Of a DNA stretch of 64,000 nt, positions 29,017 to 37,540 are shown piece by piece. The notes below the pieces were generated by a model. The model saw only the letters and a program-made list of their open reading frames with translations, did no database searches and had not been told where the DNA came from. Position 1 is the stretch's first letter; every line of letters begins with the position of its first letter. Origin of the DNA: an uncultured Alphaproteobacteria bacterium (GTDB taxonomy: Bacteria > Pseudomonadota > Alphaproteobacteria > HIMB59 > GCA-002718135). The stretch spans positions 4,733-68,732 of the forward strand of contig CACJZA010000007.1 of the NCBI GenBank assembly GCA_902597795.1. Direction: 5' to 3'. Made by a program: the position numbers and the translations under genes.

Positions 29017-30008
29017 TGAAGTATGGTTTACTAGGAATCGGCCAAGCAGGTTTAAGGCATTTTGAGGCTTTTAAAAAAATTAGAAATTTAAAATTAATTG
29101 GATTTACAGAATATGATTTGAAAAAAGCTAATAAATTTAAAAAATTAAACAATATAGAGCATTTCAATAATTTTAATGAACTTATAAAGTTAAAACCTGA
29201 TTTTATAGTTATTGCATTGCCACATTTTTTGAGAATAGAACCAATATTAGAGTGTTGTAAAAATAAGATAAATCTTTTGATAGAAAAACCACTAGTTTTG
29301 AATAGTAATGAGCTAAGTTCTATAAAAAAATATATATCAAAAAAAAATATTACACATACAATTAGTTTTGTTCATCGATACAGAAAAGAAGTATTTAATG
29401 CTTACAAACTGATACAGAATTCAAAAATCGGGAAAATAAAATTTATTTCTGAAACAATGATTTCTCAAAAAAACAAATCTTTACCAAAATGGATAGATGT
29501 TAAGAAATATTCTGGTGGAGGTGTTTTACTATACAATGCGATTCATAGTTTAGATAAGATTTCATACTTAGCTAAATCTAAAATTCATGAGGTTTATGCA
29601 AAAAAAATAAATATAAACAACAAAATAGATGTTGAAGATATAATTTCAATTTCAATGAAGTTTAAAAATGGAATAACTGCTCAGTTAATAGCAACTTTTG
29701 TGCCATATGAGACTACTCCAAAATGGGAAACAAAAATATTTGGTACGTCTGGACAAATAGATATTAATATTAGAAAAGGATTAGAGCTAAGATCAAAAAA
29801 TAAAATAACAACATATGATTATTCAAAATATTACAATAAGTATGGTCTTAACTATAATTTTTATACTCAAGCAAAATCATATGTTGATGCACTAAAGAAA
29901 AAAACCCAACCTTTTATCAAAATACAAGATGGGATAAATTCTGTCTTAGTTGTTGATGCAATTTATAAGTCGATAAATATAAATAAAGTTATTAAATTAA
30001 AATACTAG
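29013..30008 (+). CDS. Gfo/Idh/MocA-family oxidoreductase
   Basis: 331 aa with a Rossmann N-terminus (KYGLLGIGQAG) and an EKP motif (IEKPLVLN). Confidence 0.85.
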   Translation: MMKYGLLGIGQAGLRHFEAFKKIRNLKLIGFTEYDLKKANKFKKLNNIEHFNNFNELIKLKPDFIVIALPHFLRIEPILECCKNKINLLIEKPLVLNSNELSSIKKYISKKNITHTISFVHRYRKEVFNAYKLIQNSKIGKIKFISETMISQKNKSLPKWIDVKKYSGGGVLLYNAIHSLDKISYLAKSKIHEVYAKKININNKIDVEDIISISMKFKNGITAQLIATFVPYETTPKWETKIFGTSGQIDINIRKGLELRSKNKITTYDYSKYYNKYGLNYNFYTQAKSYVDALKKKTQPFIKIQDGINSVLVVDAIYKSININKVIKLKY

Positions 30009-31105
30009 TTAATTAGATTTAGTAGATGATTTGATAAAGTTTCAATTTCATTTTTTGTCATATATTGATGACATGGAAGATTTAGAATCTCAGAATTAAC
30101 TTTTTCTGTAATTTTTAAATCAAAATTATGTTTAAAATTTTTATAACATTCATCTTGATGATTAGGGGGTAAATAATTAAGTTTTACTAATGAATTTATA
30201 GAATTTAATTTATCATATATTTTATTTCTATTTTTTATTCTTATCGGAAAATTTCTCCAGGAGGATTTTGCATCCTTAAGAGTTTTTTGAAATTTTATTT
30301 TTTTAGAGAATAAAATTTCTTTGTACAGTTCTGCGTTATAATTTCTAATTTGTATATATTCATCAAGTTTTTCTAATCTAATATTTAGAATTGCGGCACT
30401 TATTGTACTTAATTTTGAGTTATAACCTATTGTATAAGACTTTACTGGCCATTTTTTTGGCCTCTCTTTTCTTCCATAATCACGAAGCTGAAGTAACTGA
30501 AGATACAAGTTTTTACTGTTAGTTGTAATAATACCACCTGGGCCTATACCATCTAATATTTTACCTGGATTAGTACTAAAAACTGTCAAATCACTTAATG
30601 AACCAATTTTTTTATTTTTGTACTCTGCACCAGTTGCTAAGCACGCATCTTCAATAATTTTTAATTTATGTTTTTTTGCAATAGATGATATTTTCGACAT
30701 ATTACATGGATTTCCAAATAAATGCACAGGTAAGATTGCCCTGGTATTCTTTGTTATATTTTTTTCGATTTTGTTTTCATCAATATTTAAAGAATCTTCA
30801 TTAATATCAACCCATTTAATTTTTGCTCCAACAAGAGTAATTGCGTGACTTGTTGGAATATCAGAATTAGATACAGTTATAACTTCATCATTTTTTTTTA
30901 AGTCTAAAGTTTTAAGGGCTAAAAGTAACCCCATAGATCCAGAAGATACAGTTACACAATATTTAACATTACAATATTTTTTAAAATTCTCTTCAAATTT
31001 CTCTACCTCCGCACCCATTTCCAAAACACCCTTGCTAAGGACATTTTCAATTTTTGATAAAATAATTTTTTTATCAGCTAGAAAATGTTTTTTTAGGTCG
31101 TACAT
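30005..31105 (-). CDS. DegT/DnrJ/EryC1/StrS-family PLP-dependent (sugar) aminotransferase
   Basis: 366 aa with family-typical layout and an active-site Lys region (VFSTNPGKILDGIGPGGII). Its stop overlaps the convergent Gfo gene stop within CTAG. Confidence 0.85.
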   Translation of the reverse strand: MYDLKKHFLADKKIILSKIENVLSKGVLEMGAEVEKFEENFKKYCNVKYCVTVSSGSMGLLLALKTLDLKKNDEVITVSNSDIPTSHAITLVGAKIKWVDINEDSLNIDENKIEKNITKNTRAILPVHLFGNPCNMSKISSIAKKHKLKIIEDACLATGAEYKNKKIGSLSDLTVFSTNPGKILDGIGPGGIITTNSKNLYLQLLQLRDYGRKERPKKWPVKSYTIGYNSKLSTISAAILNIRLEKLDEYIQIRNYNAELYKEILFSKKIKFQKTLKDAKSSWRNFPIRIKNRNKIYDKLNSINSLVKLNYLPPNHQDECYKNFKHNFDLKITEKVNSEILNLPCHQYMTKNEIETLSNHLLNLIN

Positions 31106-31244
31106 ATTATTTTAGTAAATACTATTTTTTAGTTTTTTTAAAGTATTACATAAAGGTAATTCATTTAAAGTGTATACAAAATGTCAACAATAACTATACA
31201 ATTTGTTTATTTATTTATTTTTGAATTTTAATTAACTTACAAAT

Positions 31245-32009
31245 ATGATTTTAAAAGATAAAATATCAGTAATAACTGGTGGAGCGACCGGAATTGGAAA
31301 AGCTACAGTAGAAACATTTGCACTACAGGGTGCAACAGTTATTTTTTGTGATGTAAACAAAAATGAGGGTGAAAAAACTCAAAAGGAGCTTCATAAAAAA
31401 GGTCTGAAAACTTATTTTGTAAAAGCTGATGTATCAAAGGAAAAAGATATTATTAATTTATACAAATATGTAACTAAAAATTTTAAAACTTTAGATACTG
31501 TTTTTAATAATGCTGGTATAGAACAAGCAGTTACTCCATCACATAAATTAAATACAAAAATATTTGAAAAAATTATTGATATAAATCTTAAGGGAATATT
31601 TTTATCTTGTAAGCATGCCTTACCTATTTTGTTAAAAAATAAAAAAGGTTCAATTGTGAATAATAGTTCAATAAGTGCTTTTGCGAATGTAGGTGGCAAT
31701 CTTAGTTATGCAGCTTCAAAAGGAGGAGTGATGTCACTCACAAGAGTCTTAGCTATTGAGTATGCAAAAAATAATATAAGAGTAAATGCTGTTTGTCCCG
31801 GAGTAATTGATACTCCTATGAATGAAAGAAATTTAAAAAAAACAAAAAATAAAAAAGAGCTTATTAGTAAATGGAAAACGATTACACCATTAGGAAGAGT
31901 TGCAAGTCCATATGAATTAGCCCAAACTGTTCTTTTTCTTTCATCTGATATGTCATCTTTTATAACAGGCGTAGGTCTTTTAGTGGATGGTGGTAGAGCT
32001 GCAACATAA
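31245..32009 (+). CDS. Classical SDR (3-oxoacyl-ACP reductase/glucose dehydrogenase-like)
   Basis: 254 aa with TGGATGIGKA, NNAG and YAASKGG motifs. Confidence 0.9.
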   Translation: MILKDKISVITGGATGIGKATVETFALQGATVIFCDVNKNEGEKTQKELHKKGLKTYFVKADVSKEKDIINLYKYVTKNFKTLDTVFNNAGIEQAVTPSHKLNTKIFEKIIDINLKGIFLSCKHALPILLKNKKGSIVNNSSISAFANVGGNLSYAASKGGVMSLTRVLAIEYAKNNIRVNAVCPGVIDTPMNERNLKKTKNKKELISKWKTITPLGRVASPYELAQTVLFLSSDMSSFITGVGLLVDGGRAAT

Positions 32010-32733
32010 TACTTTTAAAAATTTAAAAGTTTTTATTACAGGCACTTCCAGTGGGATTGGACATGCAGTATCCAAAGCATATTTAGAGAGAGGTTCGATT
32101 GTATATGGTATTGATAACAAAAATAATAAAAGTTTAAATTTACAATTTAAAAATTTTGAATTTCATAATTGTAATGTTCAGAACTACAAAAAGATGAGTT
32201 TAATTGTAAAAAAAATATTAAAAAAATCTAAAAGAATTGATGTCCTTATTAATTGTGCAGGTATTATTGATTTTAAAAGTATTGAAAAAAGTACAATTGA
32301 TTTTTGGAAAAAAATTATCGATGTAAATTTAACTGGTACTTTTATAAGCTGTAAACTCATTGCTCCTTCTATGAAAAAAAATAAAAAAGGTTCCATTATA
32401 AATGTATCTAGCAGAGCTGCTAAGTTTGGTGGATTAGATGAAACTGCATACTGTGCCTCAAAATTTGGCGTTGAAGGATTAAGTAGGTCTCTATATGAAG
32501 AATGCAAAAAATATAATATATTTGTAAATACAATAACTCCTGGAACTCCTATTAAAACTTCTATGAGTAAAAAAACTTATTCGGATGAAAAGAGAAAAAT
32601 ATGGAAAGATCCATATTTAATTTCACCAGCGTTTCTTCATTTGGGAGTACAAACAAAAAGTGTTATAAATAATAAATATATTGATGCTTGGCAATTAACA
32701 AAAAAAATTAAACATAAATATAAATTGAATTAA
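31987..32733 (+). CDS. SDR, paralogue of 6342..7052
   Basis: 248 aa with TGTSSGIGHA and YCASKFG motifs. ATG 31987 overlaps the upstream SDR by 23 nt, and the only alternative start before the cofactor motif is an adjacent GTG at 31990, which still overlaps the upstream gene. Confidence 0.8.
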   Translation: MVVELQHNTFKNLKVFITGTSSGIGHAVSKAYLERGSIVYGIDNKNNKSLNLQFKNFEFHNCNVQNYKKMSLIVKKILKKSKRIDVLINCAGIIDFKSIEKSTIDFWKKIIDVNLTGTFISCKLIAPSMKKNKKGSIINVSSRAAKFGGLDETAYCASKFGVEGLSRSLYEECKKYNIFVNTITPGTPIKTSMSKKTYSDEKRKIWKDPYLISPAFLHLGVQTKSVINNKYIDAWQLTKKIKHKYKLN

Positions 32734-32740
32734 TATAGAT

Positions 32741-33979
32741 ATGAGAAAAATAATTAAAACCAAAAAACTAATAAATGGTGTAAATAAAAAAATTTTAGAA
32801 AACAAATGTATCATAATTGAAAATGGAAAAATTACAAAAGTTTTAGATTTAAAAAATTTTAAAGATAAAAAAGGTGACAAGGTTTATAATTTTAATAAAG
32901 AAGTGGTTATGCCTGGCATGGTTGATGTCCATGTTCATTTGGCATTCTCAGGAATAACAAATAATAGATCATTTAGAGCAGAGTCTGCTGATCTTGATTA
33001 TGGAGCTCAAGCTCTAAGAGGTTATGCATTTGCATTAGATCATCTAAATTATGGATTCACAAGTATTAGAGATATGAATGCTCCAGGAAATGTTGCAATT
33101 AATATTAGAAACATGATTAAAAATAATAAATTAAAAGGACCTAACATTTTAGCCTGTGGACTAGGATTGTCAGTAACCGGTGGCCATATGGATCAACCAG
33201 GATGGGGGAGTCATGTAAATTTTAAAGATATGACTTATCCATGTGATGGACCAGATGAATTTATTAAAGGTGTTAGAACTCAATTAAAAGCAGGTGCTGA
33301 TTTTATTAAAACAAATTTATGTGTAAGTTCAACTTATGATCTAAAAAAACCTTATAAACAAGAGATGAGTAACGAAGAAATTGAAGCAGTCGCAAAAATT
33401 ACAAAAATGTTAAATATTAAAGTAGCATCTCATACTTCTGGTGGTTCTGCTATTACAAAAGCAGTTGAATGTGGATTGCATTCAGTTGAACATGGGCATT
33501 GGCTTGATAATAAAACTGTTGATTTGATGAAAAAAAATAATACTTTTTATGTTCCTACACTTTTAGTCAATGAAAGAAATTTTGATTTTAAAGAGAACGA
33601 AAAATTTAAATCTTCTAAAAATTGGAAGTGGTTAGAATTATCTAGAGAGGCAAAATGGGTTTCTTTAAAAAAAGCAATTAAATCTAATATTAAAATAGCA
33701 ACTGGAACAGATGCAGGTTTTATGCTGCCACATGGAGAAATGAACTACAGAGAATTAGAATACTTGGTTCAAGGAGGTATGACAAATATGGAAGCAATAA
33801 TATCTGCAACTAGAATTGGTGGTGAACTTTTAGGAATAAATGTGGGTACTATTGAAGAAGGTCAAAAAGCAGATATCCTTGTTATAAAAGGTGATCCTTC
33901 AAAAAATATAAAAATTTTAAGCGATAGAAAAAATATAAAAGTTTTTAAAGACGGTAAGCTATTAGAAAATAGTATTTAA
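32741..33979 (+). CDS. Metal-dependent amidohydrolase
   Basis: 412 aa with MVDVHVHLAFSG, ASHT, VEHG and GTDAG motifs. Paralogue of 20935..22170. Confidence 0.85.
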   Translation: MRKIIKTKKLINGVNKKILENKCIIIENGKITKVLDLKNFKDKKGDKVYNFNKEVVMPGMVDVHVHLAFSGITNNRSFRAESADLDYGAQALRGYAFALDHLNYGFTSIRDMNAPGNVAINIRNMIKNNKLKGPNILACGLGLSVTGGHMDQPGWGSHVNFKDMTYPCDGPDEFIKGVRTQLKAGADFIKTNLCVSSTYDLKKPYKQEMSNEEIEAVAKITKMLNIKVASHTSGGSAITKAVECGLHSVEHGHWLDNKTVDLMKKNNTFYVPTLLVNERNFDFKENEKFKSSKNWKWLELSREAKWVSLKKAIKSNIKIATGTDAGFMLPHGEMNYRELEYLVQGGMTNMEAIISATRIGGELLGINVGTIEEGQKADILVIKGDPSKNIKILSDRKNIKVFKDGKLLENSI

Positions 33980-34037
33980 TTCTAATAAATTTTTTCAAAA
34001 ACCTTGTAAAATAGGGTTTTTTGAGTGATGTCTAAAA

Positions 34038-34054
34038 AGCATTACAAAAATGCT
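34038..34054 (+). promoter_or_regulatory. Inverted repeat upstream of an SBP operon (candidate operator)
   Basis: AGCATT-acaaa-AATGCT: perfect 6-bp arms with a 5-nt spacer, about 70 nt upstream of ATG 34123. Confidence 0.3.
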
Positions 34055-34122
34055 AATTTTAAACTTTTTGTAATTTCTAAATGATTTAAACTATTTCTAA
34101 TTTTCTTAACAAAGGAGATAAT

Positions 34123-35706
34123 ATGAGAATATTATTAAAAATTGCTCTTGGTATAACTTTTATATTCTCAAGTCTTTCTTTTATTAATACTGCAAACGCA
34201 TTGGATATTGTTTTTGCAGAAGATAGACCAGATTTGAGAACACTAGATCCAAGAATAACACAGTCAAGACATGAAGAGATGTTAATTGTAAATATGTTTG
34301 ATCAATTAATATCAGCTGACTCAGAAGGAAATATATATCCTGGTCTTGCAACATCATGGGATGTCTCTAGTGATGGATTAGAATATACATTCAGCTTAAG
34401 AGATGATGTAAGCTTCCATGATGGAACAAAATTTAATGCTGCAGCTGTTAAGGCAACATTTGATAGCATTGTAGATCCAGAAACTGGATCACAAGGTGCA
34501 GTAGATATTTTAGGGCCTTATAAGGAAACAATTGTTATAGACGATTTTACTGCAAAAGTAGTTTTTGAAAGACGTTATGGATCTGCAATAACTGCATTTA
34601 CAGAAACTGAGTTATCAATTGTTAGTCCAACAGCTCTAAACAAACTAGGTAATGAAGGATTTGGAATGGCTCCTGTAGGTACTGGACCATTTATGTTTAA
34701 AAATTGGGAAGCTAACAAAAAAGTCGAGTTAGTTAGAAATCCTGATTATAACTGGGCTCCTGAATATATGGATGGGAGTGGCCCTTCTCAAGTTGCAAAT
34801 TTAACATATAGATTGATTAAAGATACTAGTACTAGAGTTGCTGCTCTAGAGTCTGGTGAAGTTGATATCGCAGAATTAGTACCTCCACTTGATATGCGTA
34901 GATTTGATTCTAGTGGAGATCTGAGTACTGTTACAGGAACGGTTTCTGGTTTACCTTACTCAGCTTTCTTGAATACAACTACTGGTGTCTTCCAAGATGT
35001 TAATGTCAGAAAAGCATTTTTCCATTCACTTGATAGAGTAAAAATGACAAGTGATTTATTTTTTGGATATGCTGAAGCAGCATTTGGTCCAATTAGTAGC
35101 TCAACACCAAGTTATTGGAGTGGTAATGAAGATTATTATCCTTACAACCCTGAAGGTGCAGCTGCTTTATTAGATGAAGCAGGTTGGAAAATGGGTTCTG
35201 ATGGTGTTAGAGAAAAAAATGGTGAAAAACTTACTGTATTTTTTCCATGTTTACTAGAACCTGACACTTGTGTTGCAATACAAGGCTATGCAAACAAGGT
35301 AGGATTTGATGTTAATGTTGAAGTAGTAATGAAAGCAAGACAAGATGAATTAATCTTTGCTAACGGTTACGATATGCTAGTTATTAGATGGGTTTCTCTA
35401 GATCCAGGAGTATTAATTATTCCTTTCCACTCTAGAAATATTCCACAACCAGGTAAATTCAAATTTAACTGGGCTAGATATGCTAATGCAGAACTTGACC
35501 AACTTCTTGAAGATGCTGAAAGTGCAGAAACACAGGAAGTTAAAGATGATCTATATATGCAAATTCAAAAACATATAATGGATCAAGCAATTTTTCTTGC
35601 AATTCACGATCAAGTACAAACAGTTGCATACAATCCTGATTTAGAGGGTGTGAGATTTGCCAATGGTAATTGGCAAATGCGTATGTATGATGTACGAAAA
35701 AAATAA
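34123..35706 (+). CDS. ABC transporter substrate-binding protein, family 5
   Basis: 527 aa with a signal peptide (MRILLKIALGITFIFSSLSFINTANA). AAGGAG Shine-Dalgarno at 34112..34117. Confidence 0.9.
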   Translation: MRILLKIALGITFIFSSLSFINTANALDIVFAEDRPDLRTLDPRITQSRHEEMLIVNMFDQLISADSEGNIYPGLATSWDVSSDGLEYTFSLRDDVSFHDGTKFNAAAVKATFDSIVDPETGSQGAVDILGPYKETIVIDDFTAKVVFERRYGSAITAFTETELSIVSPTALNKLGNEGFGMAPVGTGPFMFKNWEANKKVELVRNPDYNWAPEYMDGSGPSQVANLTYRLIKDTSTRVAALESGEVDIAELVPPLDMRRFDSSGDLSTVTGTVSGLPYSAFLNTTTGVFQDVNVRKAFFHSLDRVKMTSDLFFGYAEAAFGPISSSTPSYWSGNEDYYPYNPEGAAALLDEAGWKMGSDGVREKNGEKLTVFFPCLLEPDTCVAIQGYANKVGFDVNVEVVMKARQDELIFANGYDMLVIRWVSLDPGVLIIPFHSRNIPQPGKFKFNWARYANAELDQLLEDAESAETQEVKDDLYMQIQKHIMDQAIFLAIHDQVQTVAYNPDLEGVRFANGNWQMRMYDVRKK

Positions 35707-35720
35707 TTAATTGATTAAAT

Positions 35721-35744
35721 TTAGCCACCTTTAAAGGTGGCTAA
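35721..35744 (+). promoter_or_regulatory. Intercistronic hairpin between the SBP and permease genes
   Basis: TTAGCCACC-tttaaa-GGTGGCTAA: perfect 9-bp stem, 15 nt after the SBP stop and 7 nt before the permease ATG. No downstream T-tract, so an mRNA-stabilising or attenuating structure is more likely than a full terminator. Confidence 0.6.
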
Positions 35745-35750
35745 AAAATT

Positions 35751-36680
35751 ATGAATTTTTTTATAAAAAAACTCCTTATTGTAATACCCACACTGTATAT
35801 TGCTTGGACAGTAGTTTTTGTAACACTAAATATTATTCCTGGAGATCCAGTAAATTTAATGCTTGGCGGACGACCCGCATCAGATGAAGTAAGAGAAAAT
35901 GTTAGGAAGAATTTAGGTTTAGATAAACCTGTTTTTGAGAGATATACTTCATTCTTAATTAATGCAACTAAGGGTGATTTAGGAAAATCATATCTCACTA
36001 GGCAACCTGTAACAACAATGATTAAAGAAAACATGATGCCTACAATAGAACTTTCTATAGGAGGTTTAATATTTGGAGTTTTTTTTGGTGTCTTTTTTGG
36101 AATATTTGCTGGAACCAAACCTAATTCAATGCGTGATACTTTTTCAATGATTATTGCTCTTTGTGGCATTTCTCTTCCTAGTTTTTGGATAGGGATGATG
36201 CTGATTTATATATTTGGTACAACTTTGGGATGGGTTCCAATTGTAGGTGAGGGCTTTGTTTCTTTAATTTTACCATCTATTACAGTTGGCTTATTTTTTG
36301 CTGGAGGAATGGCAAGATTAACAAGATCAAGTTTAGTAGATGTATTAAATCAAGATTATATAAGAACAGCACGTTCAAAAGGAATATCCAAATATAGAAT
36401 AGTATTAAGACATTCATTAAGAAATGCAATGATACCTCCAGTTACATTACTTGGTATACAATTTGGATTACTTATTACGGGAGCTGTAATTACAGAAGAA
36501 GTATTTGCAAGACCAGGACTTGGTCAATTATTGCTTCAAGCTATTTTGGCAAAAGATATACCATTAGTTCAAGCGCTAGTTGTTTATATGACAGCAGTGT
36601 ATATTTTTTTAAATTTGATAGTAGATTTTACTTATGGAATTATTGATCCAAGAATCAGACTAGAAAGAAATAGAGGGTAA
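35751..36680 (+). CDS. Dpp/Opp-type ABC permease (DppB-like)
   Basis: 309 aa with an EAA loop (DYIRTARSKGIS). Confidence 0.9.
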   Translation: MNFFIKKLLIVIPTLYIAWTVVFVTLNIIPGDPVNLMLGGRPASDEVRENVRKNLGLDKPVFERYTSFLINATKGDLGKSYLTRQPVTTMIKENMMPTIELSIGGLIFGVFFGVFFGIFAGTKPNSMRDTFSMIIALCGISLPSFWIGMMLIYIFGTTLGWVPIVGEGFVSLILPSITVGLFFAGGMARLTRSSLVDVLNQDYIRTARSKGISKYRIVLRHSLRNAMIPPVTLLGIQFGLLITGAVITEEVFARPGLGQLLLQAILAKDIPLVQALVVYMTAVYIFLNLIVDFTYGIIDPRIRLERNRG

Positions 36681-37534
36681 TGAAAAATTTTTCAATTATT
36701 TTAAAAAGATTTTTATTGAATAAAGGATCAGCTTTTGGCGGAATATTTCTTTTAATTATAATTATTGGAGCTATTTTTGCACCATTGATTGCTCCATATA
36801 ATTGGAATGAAGTTGATACTGGGCCAAGATTAGCTCCACCTAGTTGGGATTTTTTATTTGGCACAGATATTCATGGCAGAGATGTATTTTCTAGAATTGT
36901 TTATGGAGCGCGATATTCTTTAAGTGTGGGTGTTATTTCAGTTTTATTTGGTATCGTTGCTGGTAGTATTTTTGGAATAACAATAGCATATATCGGTGGT
37001 AGAGTTGATATCATTGGTTCAAGAGTAATTGATGTTATGTTTGGTTTCCCATCCTTCCTTTTATCTCTTTTAGTTGTTGCAATAATTGGTGTTGGTTTAT
37101 GGAATGTCGTATTCGCAGTAGGATTGGCAAGTATTCCACATTTTGCAAGAATTATTCGTTCAGCGGCATTACAAGTTAAAGAGCAACCTTATATTGAAGC
37201 ATGTGTAAATATGGGTTTTGGTAAAATACGAATAATGTTTAATCATATTCTTCCAAATATATTTCCAATAATTATAGTTATTGCAACTATGGATTTAGGT
37301 GGTGCTATAATTTCTATAGCATCCTTAAGTTTTCTTGGATTAGGTGCACAACCTCCTGAACCTGAATGGGGTGCCATGTTGAGTTCAGGAAGAGAGTATA
37401 TGCGATATGCGCCCTGGACTATGATTTATCCAGGACTTTTTTTATTTTTAACTGTTATGTCGGTTAACTTACTAGGTGATAGGCTAAGTATTGCACTTGA
37501 TGCGAGACAATCAGTAGATAAAGGTAAAGTGTAG
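36680..37534 (+). CDS. Dpp/Opp-type ABC permease (DppC-like)
   Basis: 284 aa with an EAA region (PYIEACVNMGF). TAATG junction with the upstream permease. Confidence 0.9.
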   Translation: MKNFSIILKRFLLNKGSAFGGIFLLIIIIGAIFAPLIAPYNWNEVDTGPRLAPPSWDFLFGTDIHGRDVFSRIVYGARYSLSVGVISVLFGIVAGSIFGITIAYIGGRVDIIGSRVIDVMFGFPSFLLSLLVVAIIGVGLWNVVFAVGLASIPHFARIIRSAALQVKEQPYIEACVNMGFGKIRIMFNHILPNIFPIIIVIATMDLGGAIISIASLSFLGLGAQPPEPEWGAMLSSGREYMRYAPWTMIYPGLFLFLTVMSVNLLGDRLSIALDARQSVDKGKV

Positions 37535-37540
37535 ATAGAT

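Noticed and set aside
33997-34022. Rho-independent terminator after the amidohydrolase gene (AAAACCttgtaaaataGGGTTTTTT).
   Set aside because: The stem is short, AT-rich and imperfect, so its predicted stability is low. It is mentioned only as part of the leader-region finding.
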